This document shows, in pieces, positions 39,006-53,800 of a stretch of DNA of 64,000 nucleotides (positions are counted from its first letter, which is position 1; each line of letters starts with the position of its first letter). Position numbers and translations under genes: made by a program. The DNA is from Mizuhopecten yessoensis (Eukaryota): contig NW_018408912.1 in the NCBI RefSeq assembly GCF_002113885.1, forward strand, positions 520,947 through 584,946, read 5' to 3'. Below the pieces are notes generated by a model that was not told the origin of the DNA, made no database searches, and saw nothing but the letters and a program-made list of their open reading frames with translations.

Positions 39006-42000
39006 TTACATGTAACGTATTTTGTAAAGTTCTGGCAATAAAAAAACAGAATTAAGTGTCAGATTAAATGATAGCAAAACACACTAAATAAATATATATG
39101 AATAGAAAATAATGTTTAATGAAAACATTTTAATAACCAAAATATATCGGTAATTGTAAAAGTACATTATTCGTCATATTGTCACATTAAAATATTTTCA
39201 GTTAAAAAAAGAATTTCATGCGAGTTGAAAAAAATTGTTTGGAAAAATAAGTGAAATTTATCAAGCCTGCTCTTGACTGGATCAAGTGTATATGTTATTA
39301 GGCAGTGCTTATGCTTGGTGTTGTACTATAGTCTGTTTAAAACAGCTAAAATATGACTACTAGTTAATGATAAATTGTATAGGGTACCATTAATGAAATT
39401 ATTTACATTTGACTCGTACACTGCAACAGGAAAAAGATTTGCACAGGAGCAAGATTATGTTTTGTCTCGGGATTCTTTTTAATTCTCCAGCAAATCCGAT
39501 GATGATATTTCCTTGTCGGGGGTAGGGTTCCAAAGAGACCTTTATACCCGTTGTATTTATGGGTTATGAAGGAGAGATTTGAAAAAAGGTGTGTAAAAGT
39601 GGTGTGAATTATACAAATTGCAAAACAACACTAGAAATGAAGTTTATTTCTCCTTAGAGCGAAGGCATACTCTATCGGCATACATGGTATTTAGCTTGAA
39701 ACTTATATTCACATGATTAAGAAATTGAAAGGCAGGAGTGCTTGATAATACCTCATAATATGTTCTTGAAAGTACAGTTAGCTGGCAAGGGGCTTGTTAA
39801 AAAAGTATTGAATCTCTCTTAAAAAATATTTATGTGGTAAAAGCAGATACTCTAAAATATTTATGACTTTTTCTATGCAATCAAGACATCTAGAGAGACA
39901 AAATATTATTTTTGGTTTCATGGATTTTTCCCTGGATAGAAGTTACTAGATAGATATCAGTTGCAAGTTGCTGTGACTGCCTGTGATTTTGTATGTTGAA
40001 AACAATAGGGAGACGTTCATGCTACATGTAGAAAATATGTAAATAAATTATATACAAGGATCAGATTGTACTATTAATAGCACAAACGAAAAGCTGGAAA
40101 TTTTGTGTATTAGAGGACCTAAAATGTTGAGGAAGTGTTATTTGGTTTTTCTCCCAGGGAATTTCCTAGGTGCCAGGCATAAATCAATTTGATGTAGCCT
40201 CTGACAGTTACTTAGCCCTAGCTTGACTGAACTGTTGAAGGTCTGCAGTGGTTACTGATTAAGTTGTATATATATGCATTATAATTGCAGCACATGCATA
40301 GGTGTATTTTCAATGGGATTGTCAGATCTTGCATGTTATTGCTTTGTTGTTAGGAAGGAAGGGGGGGGGGGGGCGTTAATAACTTGCAGGTCATGTCTGA
40401 TAAGTCATTGAGAATCGCCATCCTCACTTAATCATTTTACATCTGCATGTGTATTAATGGAGTGTGTACAGTAATGTCTCAAGTATTGCAGAGTTTGTAG
40501 CAGGTGTAATTCCCAACATATTATTGTGGCAGGTTGGGAAGGTTGGCGCAAATAAGATGTTAAATTGATCGGTGATTAAACAGTTTGCTTATTCCATTAA
40601 TCAATGTATAAATGTTTGTTAGGCCATAAGTCACATTTCTATAACCCACAGATCAAGTCCAGTATCTTTGGACCTTTATTTGTAAATAACTATTTACAAA
40701 TTTAGAAATACTTCTCTCCGTTTAATAGCACGACAATTATAAATGAAAATGCAATAACGTTAAGAAATTAAGCATAAAACATTAACAAGTTATGTTGGCT
40801 TTATGTCACTGAAAGGCTAGAAAAAGTTCCTGGTGTACTAGGTATTATGTAATATGGCATTTAACCCAGGTATTGTGAAGCATTATAAATAAGAGTTTAT
40901 ATACAGTAATGAATTTGGAAATAGAATACTTCATTGAAATATCATTTTCTCCATGTATGTAATTAATGATAATTCCTTGTACAAAATTTTTCTTTTTAAT
41001 AATGCTCATCAAAGTTATGTTTTACTAGTACTTGACTAACAAAGAAACATAACTTGAATTACCCTAATGGAAAAAAAAGGTCAAGAAGTCTAGTGTTAAG
41101 TTAAATCTAATAAAAGATGTGAAGATTTTACTATTGATGACTTTGATCCATAAAGGTCAGAGTTCATTGGTGTTATCTGTTTTGGCACATTGAGTTCCAT
41201 TCACACCTGTGTGTTACAATGTAAATTACTGTGTACACCTGCTGCCACTTGTTGGTTAATGACTACACCACCACGTGCTAACAAGGCTTTCCCACTGAGC
41301 GTCAAGTATTAATGTAGTATAGGTTCCCCTGGTGTGATGACCCAATCGCCCTCAAGGGTGCTGAATCTAAGCTTGGATTCAGCTGCTGCATCCAGTCAAA
41401 GATTTTGGTGTCAATAACGGGAAGGAAAACGGCTTAAATGCTTAAAAAAACACCTTGGATTTAACGAAAAAGGGAGGATTTCTCTGGAAAATAAGGAGAC
41501 AAAAACATTTGGTGACTTTATGAACAATTAGTGTTTAAAATACTGGAGTAAGATTTGTTGTATTCAAAGAGATAAATATGTCATTACTGTCCCCCCAAAA
41601 TGTTGGACGCCAACTGGTTTAATGTACCAAATATTAAAGGAAAACTGACATTTTAAAAATGTTTTTTTTTCAAATGACCTGCATAGTATCTGAGCTTATA
41701 ATGGTTGTTGGAATGAGAACTGCCTTGCCCCAGACGTGAATGACAGAGAAATACCTTCCACAGAATTCCCAAATTGGGGCAAAACCCACAGCAAGCTACA
41801 CCCCATCACTTTACAACATTACTGTAATGATAGAGATGTCAATGTATTACATGTTATATCGTTTAATGGATGAGAAAAATTACGCGAGATTATCAGATAC
41901 AGTTCGAAAGTGAGAGTTTTTAGACTACAAATGTTTCAAGGAAGTCTTACAGTTTTCCCTCCGAACGCAAGGCTTTATTGAGTATTGTTCTAGGTGTAGA

Positions 42001-45000
42001 TAATGAATGAAAATTGAATAAAACTAGGCCCGACCCATTCAATTTCAATTGCCACTGTCTCTAATTAGTTGGTTAAAAATAACCGCAGTGCAAGGAACCT
42101 TGTCAACTGGAAAGGTTTTAATTTAGAGACCATGCAAAAAGCAGAAACTGACTTTAAAAAAAGCTGTGCATTTTAAAATGAATTAGTTGAGGGAAACCAC
42201 ATCATTAGAATTATCAATCATGAAGAAATTTGTTGCAAATGATGGAGGCTGTACCCAGCATATCATACCACAAAGCTAACAAGTAATGTAACCCTTGGCA
42301 TGTCTTCCGCTGTGGTGAATATCAATCTTGCCTCTTTAGATTTTATGACTAAAAACAAATGATACTTTAGTTTTATGAATTCCCGTATCAATAACAGTAA
42401 TGACTCTGAACTTTCTTTCACAACAATATAAAGTCATACATGAAATGATTAAAGTGCTTATGTTAAAAAAAGTCCCTTGTTTTAACTGCATTGTAATTAA
42501 CACTTTATCTATTACATGAATCTGGAAATTATTGGAAAAGGATTGGAATTCTTATGGTGCTTTTATATATGTAAAATTTGGTATTTCAAAAACACTATGC
42601 CAGTAAATGTGATGCAGAATTTGAATTGTAAGCGTCAGTGTTCTATTCAGTACAGAAAATTAATGTCGGGTAACAAACTTAGAAATTTTGTCTAATCTGG
42701 AATTGTCATTTTCAGAAACAGAAAATTTCTGATCATTACATTTTACTCAACTCCCCTTTTGATGTTCACTGGTCATGTCTTTTAATCTGTACTTTCACGT
42801 TTATGTTAAGAAAAGACTGCTGCTGATCATCTTGAATATGCCTTTTCAAAATTAAATGCAACATCACCATAATTATGTTTGTTAACTATTAAAAGCAGAT
42901 AAATCTGATGATACAACAACAAAAATGAAAAATCCCCAAAACAATGCATAGAAATAAAAATACCATGAAACCTTAGCCTACAAGTAGATTTGTAATGTGA
43001 AAATCAAGTTTTTCCTGATGGAAAATCCTGAATTAAAGATATTATCCAGAAATCTCCTCCATTAATATATCATGAGTGGGTTTGACAAGGAGATATGACA
43101 GATTTCCTTAATTTTAACTTGTGTTTAAACAGTCATTTTCATCTTGCTATTTCAATTTTCATATTAAAATAAAGGACTGAAAATTGATTTTATTACACTT
43201 ACATTACAAGCAGTAGTAATTATTAAAGTATGATAGCTTTGATCGCTACATTTTATGGAAATGGTTTCTCATATGTAAATTCCTTGATATGCCCATATTG
43301 CATGCTTGTGTATTGTTTTCTCACAAAAGCTTTTAATGGACGAACAGTTTATTCAAGGCTTTCAATGATTTTGATTGCTAAATGAATTGTGGATCTTTAT
43401 GATGAAATTAATTTTGCATAAACCTTTTTGGAAATATTTGCTATTGATAATGATGGCAACTGTGTGGAAATAGCTATAACCACAGACTATTGTGTTCTTT
43501 GATCATTCATGTAATTAAAAATAAAAAGGGATTACTTTTAGTTTGCAGGATTTAGTTGATACATTTTACATCATTGTTCTAATTGTGTAGATTAGTATTC
43601 TTACTTTATCTGGAATACATTAATTTGGGGAAATATAGATATGGAAATAAAGCTGGTTATATTTAATTAAAAGAAAGCTGGTTATATATTCAGGGGAATT
43701 GAAGAAGTACTTGTTCTCCTGTACAATCCCTCAAATCTGGCTATCCCCCATTCAGTGTCCAAAGTTTTATTTAATTAGCTAAAAGGCATCAATATAAGTG
43801 TCTGCAATAGGTTAATCACTTTCGTGATTTATATCCTGTCCATTTATAATCCACTACATAGTGTGATCATTGGAGCTGAGTAAATTGTTTTTAAAATGGA
43901 GTGCTGGAAATAATTGACTTTACGTTATAAACACCAGGATCTTTCTCTGGATAACAAAATGTAATATATTGGCAAATTCCCATAGAAAATTTCAAATCTC
44001 TCCCCTTGAGAAAGGATTAAATTTAAAGATGAACTCTTCTTTTGTGACTGCTACTGCATATAAAACTTGTTGGGATATTTTCTGGGCTTGTGTTTTGTGG
44101 CAGTGTAATATTGAACCACTGAAGGGCCTTGTACAGAGAGACAGAGAAGAGCGCTAGCTAGAGCCAGCAATATAACACCGCACAGCACACACACTACAGA
44201 ACCCACCAACATACACAATCCATACAGCTAACACACTCACAGGCAGGCAGGCCTTGCTGGCTGATAAACTACACCAAGCCCTCTGCTTGGCACACAACAG
44301 CTAAAACCTACACAGCACAGGCAACCTCCACAAATAACCTGGCAGCATGACTAGGCCCCAGTCAGCTACATGAAATATGCTATAGCTTGGCAGAGTAGTG
44401 GAGCCCAGGCTTTGGTATTACCAACTCAGTACAGAGCTGCTATTGATTTTCTCCCTTTCCCTCACTGTTGTTTGTCTAGGTTTTAGATCTCTCTGGGTTT
44501 TCACACATCATAAATAACTAGCAAATTTCCTCCCTTTGTAACCCCTACAGAATCATATTTTTGATCATTTTAAGCATTGAATTTAAAAAAGTCTCCATTT
44601 GCTGTATAGTAGTTAAATTTAAAATGATCTATGTAAAAAAGTCTTTGTTATGCTTGGTAGCATTTCTGGATATATCAGATTGGTGTGTGTATTAATTTTG
44701 TTGCAGAGAATTGGGAAAAAACCTGGAAAATTAAAGCCTTTCTGTATTTCAGTATCACAATTTTGGAATTATATAATTTCCACAATGGTTTGAAGCTTTC
44801 ATCTTATTTCTATCCCTAATGATTTTGTTGATATCGTGTTACAATGGAGGATAATACTCCAGGATCTAGCAAGCAATTAAGTTTTCTGGAACAGACTATA
44901 ACGATATGAAGTAAGCTGACACACCAGGCAGTTGGCCCTATAGGGCCTAGCCCATAATTGACATAGGTTGATAAATGGCTGTAGCTGTATTGTCCCTTAC

Positions 45001-48000
45001 TGCCTGCCTGTTCTGCTTGGCTTGGCTGTGAATATTGGACCAGTCCATGTGTAGGGGAACCCAGCATCAGAAACCAGGTACAACTTTTAGTCACACAGCT
45101 GACAATTATATCCTTTCAATGATTACTCTGGCAGGTAAATATTCTGTGAGAGTAGGACAGCATTTTGAACTGACTGGGAGTTGTGTGTGGTGTGGAGGGG
45201 AGAGGGCTGTGAATTTTATGTGAGTGAATATAACTTGTGACTTGGTAGATTCTATACAGTGTTGACCCAAGCGGTGTTGGAGATATTTTTGGATTCCATT
45301 ATGTGCCTAGCAGTCTTACTCACCATGTGAAGAGGTGCATTGGTATATAAAGAAGGCTGTAGATACAGCTACACATACACACAGACAAGAGAAGTTTGAA
45401 GAGCAGGGGCCCACACAGTGGTGACTGGTTTGAATTACTTACTCAGTACAAAAACAAATGAAGCATGGGTACGTTTTAGTTATAAAATCAATGTAAACTG
45501 ACTATTGTTCTATGGCATTCATACTGTGATATGGATCTTTTTCTTTTATATAATTGATAATATTTTCCTTTAAATTTAAATTAATTGCTTTTCTTCTTTT
45601 AAGAAAAATACCTTTAATGTTTCCTTTGTGGCTGTTGAGTTGGTTGATGTGGTCTATAAATCGTTATTAAACTGACAGCATGTATTGCTGTTGACATGTG
45701 CATTTTTCTAAACCATTGTAATGAAGAACTTTGCCAGTAATTATCCTTTAATTAGACCATTTATTGGCTAGCGGATGCTAAACGAATTAACGAATTGTCA
45801 ACATATTCCTGAGAGAGGAGCTTTAATTCGGATGATCCAAAACAATACGCTGTGATGTACTTGGTGTTGTATTTTTCAGTTGGTTTAAATTCTGATGAAA
45901 ATGAGAGATGATGTTGATTACTTTTATGTCAAAATTTTTAAAGTTGCATCTAAATTTCACGGTTTGGGTTTTGTCAAAATTGAAATCCACAAAGCGCTTG
46001 TGAGTTTCAACAGCACATGTAAATTTTGATGGCAGATTATGTTTCAGAATTACAAATTGTTTTTGAGGGAAGTGTGAAGATAATGATTTTTGGTTTTTGT
46101 TTGACATTTCGTTGTATATATTTTCTTATGATGTATATGTGATTGTTTATATTCCTATTTCACTTTTTAAGGCTATACTTGTAACTGTCATTCAATATAA
46201 ATATAGTATTTGGAAACTACATTCTGAGACCAATCAAGCATTTGGAATAATGTTTCATTAGTTAAATTTAAGCACTTAAAAATATAAAAAAATGAAATTT
46301 AAAATATTAATTGCTTCAAATGTATTCTGTCTGGTTATTATTGTGTTCAATTGAGGCTTTGAATTATGATCAAATTAAATGAATACATAAGTCTTCCAAA
46401 TAATATAGGTTATGTAACACCTATTATATTTAAAAAGAATATGCACAAAAAAACTATGTGCATATCATATAAAATTATATACGTACCAATATTTTGGCAG
46501 AAATTTGAAACAGTTATCAAGTCATTACTATTTTGTTTAAAGTTTAATCTATGCAGTGTTAAAAAAGAAAAAGGGGTGGGAAGAAAAATGAAAAAATTAT
46601 CTGCTGTATAAAGATAATAAACTGCCTATTTGCAATGTTTTAAATAGAAATTGTATTTGAAGCAAAAATAGATTTCAAAATAAAATATGAAATGGGGCGG
46701 GGGGGAATTGTTTAGCAATATCCTGTATAGATGGTCACTCATGAGTTAATAAATTGGAAAGCTGTGTTTGTATTCAACTTATGTCCTCTCATATAGTGTA
46801 CCTTGATTTATGATAAGGAAAATATTACCTGTACACCTGTGTATTAATTACAATGCGCCTGTATCTTGACTAGGGAGACATACTTTTATGCTACCTTTCT
46901 TAGTTTCTTATTTGTCAGGATTTGCGATTTAGGTATGACAATACCAGGTTAGAGGCAAACCAGCCCTAAGGGGAAAACTACTCTGATATACAAGTTACTG
47001 ATACAGACTGAAAAATCCAATTTACCTGGAGAAAAAGGCAAAATTTTACCTGTGGTAGATTATGTAGATGTATTAAGAGAATCTGGAAATTATATTGTGT
47101 TCTATTATGTACTGACTACAATAGGTGATATAGTAGACAGTGAGTTACCTGTTTATTGTCAAATTTAATTACCTGTAATTGATAAAAGAGTTATACTAAT
47201 GTCAGTTAATTTTACAGATAGTTAAAAAACACCTGGGAAAGGTAATTAAGACACCAGTTGATACATTAAATACAGAATTTATAAGTGGTACATATCATAA
47301 ATTAGTAAATTGTGGCCAGAGTATACACACTCAAAGGTATTTAATACCTTATGTAACAAGAAACCACAGTCTTACTCTGTTATTTCAATTTATGACTCGT
47401 GGATCAAACACTTTTAAACCACAATTGGATTTTGTTCCATTTAATCTTGAGAAGATTGCAAAACAATTTTAGGAAGTAGGGATGATGTAACAATGATAAT
47501 GTTAAAACACTGTGATGCTATGTCCACCATTAAATCATCAAAATATTTATCGGCCTTAGTTTAAAATAAATATTTAAAAATATTTAATTTGAATTACAAG
47601 TACAAAGATACTGGGCTACTCAAAAGTTTTCTAAAAGTCTGATATATTTCTGTGACCTCCTGAGAGACTTCCTGTCTGACAGTTGGTGTAAGTGAGGCAA
47701 ATAGAATGCCCCTTTGTGGAGCCGGACTGGACCTTCTGATCCCATTGGCTGTACAGCTGCCCAGGTCTTTCCAGCTGTTGTCTGGGCAGCATTGAGGCCC
47801 ATACTCTGACAAGCAGATAATTGATCCCCAGTCTCATTAGAACTTCTAGCGCCCTTTAATGTATACCTATCAGTAGAATTAAGGATTTTAATTTTGAATG
47901 AAAACAGATATTGTGCAGTTCATAATTTATAATTGCTAATAGAGTGGAGATATAAAAAGAATGTTAATGAAACAGAGGATTAAAATAAAGAATTCCGTCT

Positions 48001-49963
48001 GCAAACAAAGTACTGATTTTATTTTAAGAAGCTCAGTGGAAAAGAGACAAAATTTTGAAAACTGACGAAAAGATGTTAATTAAATGTGTTGTTCAATTTT
48101 AAGAAATTTGTTTTTGATTAAATCTCTGAAATTTGATTTGATGTTCTGGTTTGGAAAAAAAACTAACATTCCTGTGGAGGGAGGAAGAGCAATGAATTAG
48201 TGTGCCATCAAATTTTGTATAGAAATAAATAGGGAGTCTTATAATGCCTATATTGTATAACCAGTCTGCACACGACAGGCCTGTAGGTATCATTTACCTG
48301 TGACTGCCATGCGCATGGGCAATTTCTCCCCAAGTTTTTGTGGGGTTCCTTTGACAAGCTGTTTATGTATTGAAAGGGGTAATTTTAAATATGCACAACA
48401 CAATATTGTCGCCTGTTGAAGTTGGTCATTAACATTAGGCCACAAGAAAGACAAAATCTGATTAAAGCTAGGACTTGAAGGTAATAACTACATACTGAAA
48501 AAGCGCTTTATTTTACATAGGCCATCTCATTGTCGCGTAGAAATAAGACGAAGAAGGGCACCTGTTATACTGGCATATTGATAGGGCCTCCTTTTGATCC
48601 GGTGAAAATACAGGGATTTTATATGTCCCATACTAGATCTTAAAAAGTTCTCGTGTTGGCTCGGCTAGCAATTACCTTTCAGTCATACCTGAGCGCACTT
48701 GCGTCTAACAGGTAAAAAAACTTGAGTTGAATGGTTTGAATAAAGGCTCGCAGGCATTGTAAGGCTGATAAGAGTGGCGGTCTATACTCTGTTTCACAAT
48801 TTATTATTCTGTGGTGATGAATTGATTTTCGATTCTCCAGTGAATCACAATTAATTTCTTCATTTTGTGTAGTTGAGAGAAAAGCCTAATTGCATTTAGT
48901 TAATTACTTAATATATTTATGAAAGTTTTGATGGAAAAAAGGAAAGTTATTTAGAAGAGTTATGATGTGAAAAAACCCTGTACTGGAGATCAATACTTTT
49001 ATTGATCTCTGGCAAGCTTTGTGTTTAAATTATTCAGCCTGTTCGCTGAGGATTCTGTAGTGCAAAAACACTCGATAAACCTGTCAGCTTCACGGGAAAC
49101 TTGAAAAAAAGTATTTAATATCTTTACAGATATCCAGATTTTAGAGTTGGTGATGGGAAATATGATAGGTTTTATTGATGATACTGGAGACATAATGTTG
49201 GAAAGTCTTCAGAGAGATAGTTTCTATTAAATTTGACGGCGGCTCTGTCAAGTAAGGGAAATCTATAACTGCTTTGTAGTGTTTGATCGGGAAAATATTT
49301 GTTTAAATGTTTTATTTTTACTGAATTACATGGATATTTTCAAATTTAATGTGTTATTTATTTGAAAGACAAAAATGACTTAAAAACATCAAGAAACTTC
49401 AATACATTATTTTTGTTTGAAGTTATTCACAAGAAGTGCTTTTGATGGAAATTCTAACGAAAAAAATTCTTAAAGAAAAAATAGATGACAAACATTTATA
49501 TTAGTATTATAGTCAATTGATTTATTGGATGTGAAAATGAAAAATTATATTTAAACTCTATTTTGATTATTTGGTTATGATTCAATATGTAATTTCTTCA
49601 TTGGTAAATATAAAATATTGTTTCAGCCGATGTGAAGCAGTAAAAACAAAATTTCACAATACCAACCAATTCGTAGAAAATTAACTATTCGTGTTAACAC
49701 CATCATTCTTCTATTCTGAGTTTAGTAGATTACATTTAGTCCCAGACAACTACCTGCTCATACTAGTTCTTTGTACTATTAAAATTAAATCATCACAACA
49801 ATACCATTTGACTTTTTGGGTGTGAGATAGGAAAATTCTTTTACAAAAAAAACCAGTTTTAATTTAAGAATTAACAATTTCATTTCACTGATGGAATATG
49901 AATAAAGATATTACTTCAAAAAATTTGCATGAAAATACAGAAATATTACAATTATATATTAAT

Positions 49964-50049
49964 AGTCAATTTTCATTGGAATTTCACCTTATTTCATTTG
50001 CAATTGAGTCAATTTTCATTGGAATTTCACCTTATTTCATTTGCAATTG
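49964..50049. repeat. 43-bp perfect tandem duplication
   Basis: AGTCAATTTTCATTGGAATTTCACCTTATTTCATTTGCAATTG x2. Confidence 0.92.
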
Positions 50050-50728
50050 GAGGTGCCTGTTCAACTGGCCTGTCTTTAGAACATTGAATTATTAAGAGAG
50101 AAAAAAGCTTCCGAAAATGATCACTTCTATGTCTGATCGCAAGTTTCAAACTAGGTGGAGATAAGCTTGTTGAAAAAGACAGCTAAAAAATTCCTGACAA
50201 AAACTTTGGGACAGATTGTCAGTCTAGTTGTTGTGTTCCAACAATCTGGACACTGTCTTTTTTACTTCACTAGTTAAATTGATGAAGAACAGTGAGCAAT
50301 ATATGAATTAGTACTGTGGACTAACAAGCAGAAATAATTGGTATCTTTCTCTGTATATGTACTGAAACATTGACTTTCCTGAATACAGTGAAGCAATGCA
50401 TGTGTTACCTCCCTTCAGCAAGACAACAGTTTGGAATTTACTAAACACTGCATAGCTGTTCATAGCATACTGTGATAATCTGGATAGAGAAAAAAGGATT
50501 TGATAGTGTTCTTGTTAAAATTGTCTGATCAGTTAATATTTGATGATGTAGAAAGGATTTAATTCTGGATAAATGTGTACAGATGACATTTGAAATGTAT
50601 TTAAAAATGTTACATCCTATGTTCATTTTGTGGAATTGGCGATATGTTTTGATGCTTCCCTCTCTATAATCAATTTACATATTGAATCCCTTGCATCAAT
50701 AAGATTATGTGAACTTTATATTTTTCAG

Positions 50729-50879
50729 GATTCCCGGAGTGGCGATGACTTAGGATGTGATCCCTCCCGAAACACACCAACCCCTACAGGTGTCCATCCT
50801 GCAGTGGCAGCACTCCGCCCTGCACCCTCACCTGCTGGCTCAACAGGGTCAAGGTCAAATACCCCTGCCTCTCTGTCAG
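50729..50879 (+). CDS. ARID1: ARID1 coding exon 5
   Basis: tttttcag|GAT TCC CGG..TCA G|gtaaat. Translates DSRSGDD..LRPAPSPAGSTGSRSNTPASLS. Phase 0-1. Confidence 0.88.
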
Positions 50880-53800
50880 GTAAATACAAACAATATTTGT
50901 TCAAGCAGATTTAAACATTTGGAAATTTAAAAGAAGGCAATTTAAGGATAAGATGATAATCTTGAGAAGAAATTCACTATCTCTCAATTTATTTTGTTAT
51001 TGAAAATCTTTTCATTTTCTATGAAAGTTTTCTGTCAGTAAAAATAATAGTCGTAACTTGAGTAATGAGTTGGTTGAATAAGATTCACTTTCATAGCTCC
51101 ATTACATAATTTTTCATGATTTTACTTTTAAGATCCATGTGTATATCACAACCTAACAAAATTTATCTTTGCCTAGCACTATTATACTACCACCAATTTT
51201 ACACCCTGCATGATTTATGATTTTTTGAAAGAATGGATTTTCAACAAAATTACATTTGTTAACTTGTGTAAGATTAAAGATATGTAAAATTTTATCTAGC
51301 TGATACGCAAAGAGAACAGTTTCATAATAAAGAAAAAAATGTGGTGAACTTTATGTACACTGTTAAGGATTGGTGATTTGATAAGTGGGTGAACCCTGAC
51401 AGTTTAACATGGTAATGATAAGGCATCGCAGACTGCTTTGGCTGGCTGTGGTGTAAAGCAGGAATTCCACTGTATCAGAAAAGATTGTAAATGATAAGCA
51501 ATCAATTGTCAATCTGATACGCTGACATATATATTTGATTGTAGATGGAGATAGATTTGTAAAAATAAATAGCACCATTTCACCAATGCAGTTAAACCCA
51601 TAATGGCTATATCTTATCACTGAGCTAACTCTTCCCATTGGGAAATGTGTCATTGTATCTCCCTAATGTGGCAGCTATTACTCTAGATATCTTTGAAGAG
51701 CCGCCCTATTGAAGTGCTAACAATAGCCAATTTTTTCAAGTCATTGATCATGAAAAGTGACCTCGACCTGTGCAAAGTATTATTAGGTTCATTCGGTGCA
51801 CTTGTCTTACCTGTGTTCAGGTGTATATCTACCTGTGTCTATACAGATTTCATATCTAGATTTGTTGTGTTATTAATATGGCTTAATCAGGTGAAACGGC
51901 ACCAGAGTTTTGTTTACATATAGATCAAATGTTTTGGTGTGGAGTGTGTAATTATCACTCCATGGGTACCACTAATATATGAACTGAAATTGGTTAGGGC
52001 TATATAGACTTAAACAGAATCCTTTTCCAGTATTATCTAGGATCTAAGTTCTTATCCTTTTAAAGGTGTAAATTGGTTTTTGACATGACTGGGATTATTG
52101 ATTAATATGGAAGGGTTTTGTGGTTTTATTTCATTCTCTGATGTTATTGATCCCATAGAGTGAAAGCTACCTGTATTAATTGTGCAGGTCTATAAACACA
52201 TCAGCAGGGGATTCCCCAAAGTTGGATGTCTGCATTCATTGTTATGCCAGACACACTTACCAACAGGTGGTCCCTGCCTCTTGTCAGTCAGCACTGGTAT
52301 TTCCCTGGCACTAATAATAGATAATAATCACTCTAGACAACATCAGACAGGTCAAAGGTCAGGCCTGTCTGTAGGCCGAGTACACCTGTTTTCTGATGAT
52401 TTATGACCCCCAGCAGTGAGCCATCTGAGGTCACACTTATCCTAACAAGCTGACTAGCACTTAATTTGCCCATTCAAACCCAGTCAAGTGTGCTGTGTAC
52501 AAAATATACACTTATGTCAATGCTAGTAGGTGGGATAGTGTCAATGTCTGTTTCAGAGAATGTTATTGGCACAAGTGCACTATCGCCTATTAGCATTCCT
52601 GTTGTTAGTAATTAAAAGTCTGCCTACTTGGTCTAGCTGCAAGTGTTTTATGTGTGAAGTGCCTAACAAAAAAAAAGGCACTGACGGGAGGTATCAGATT
52701 GATGTACCGCAGATCAATTATACCCATTGAGGGCTCTTTGTACAATTGATTGTTCTAGCAAGGAATATAGTGTTTAACTGATGCAAATAGCTGCTAATCC
52801 CCTTAGGGAAGCCTTAATTTGTTTCCAGCCTTGCATTTGACATAAATATACATTCGCAGCTCATTCATAAGAATTCCATTTACCACAACATATAAGCGGC
52901 ATTGATTCTTGGTTACACGCACAATGTAGTAAAAATGGTTATCATTCTTTGCCAAAGGGAGTACTGCAAATGATATTTTAAGTTTTATATGGACTTGTTT
53001 GGGATTTGAAATGATGTGAAATTGCAAGGCTATAAAATATCTATCGTGTGCTGTTAAATATTCTGAACAGTAATTGTGATTTATTTCTATGCCGTGTTGA
53101 GAGTAGGAACTGGCTGTATTATATAATATGTAAGCCAAAAGGGAATACATGTAGGTGATTTGAAAGGCTTTATTTCCTGATAGCATTTCCACAAGACAAA
53201 GACATAGTAAAAATACCACTATATGATGGTTCAATGCATTAGCAGTTGTGAGTAAAGGAGGAATGATAAAAATAAAAAGGAATTGGAATGTTATGTTTGT
53301 TCATGCGGCAGAAATTTTAACCTTTTGTTGATTGCATCATATATGACTCTTGCAGGGGTATACCGATTACTAAAAAAACCCCAAAAAAAACATTTATCAA
53401 AATTTAACTTTGATATGAAAATAATATAGGATACTTCAAAAACTATTAAAGATTCAAGGGATACATTAAAATTGTTAAGTGCATTGTAGATTTGTTATAT
53501 GATAAATTACATTTAAATAATTTTCAATGAACGGAAAATATTTTAACATAAATCTGAAAAAGTGATATTCAAATTTTAAATTTAAGAAAGCTATATTTAA
53601 AAATCTTTTGCAAAATAAATCAGCCATGTTTAAAAATGTGCTGGAAGGTTTAAGAACTGTAATATTGACAGTTTTTTTTTACGTTGTTATATTGATAAAG
53701 ATTTTTCATTGTTATGCCAATCAACTTTGCTATCTTAATCCATCTTTTAAACTTTCTAAATTCACAAATGTTAGTGAAAACGTTATTTTTCACAGTAAAC

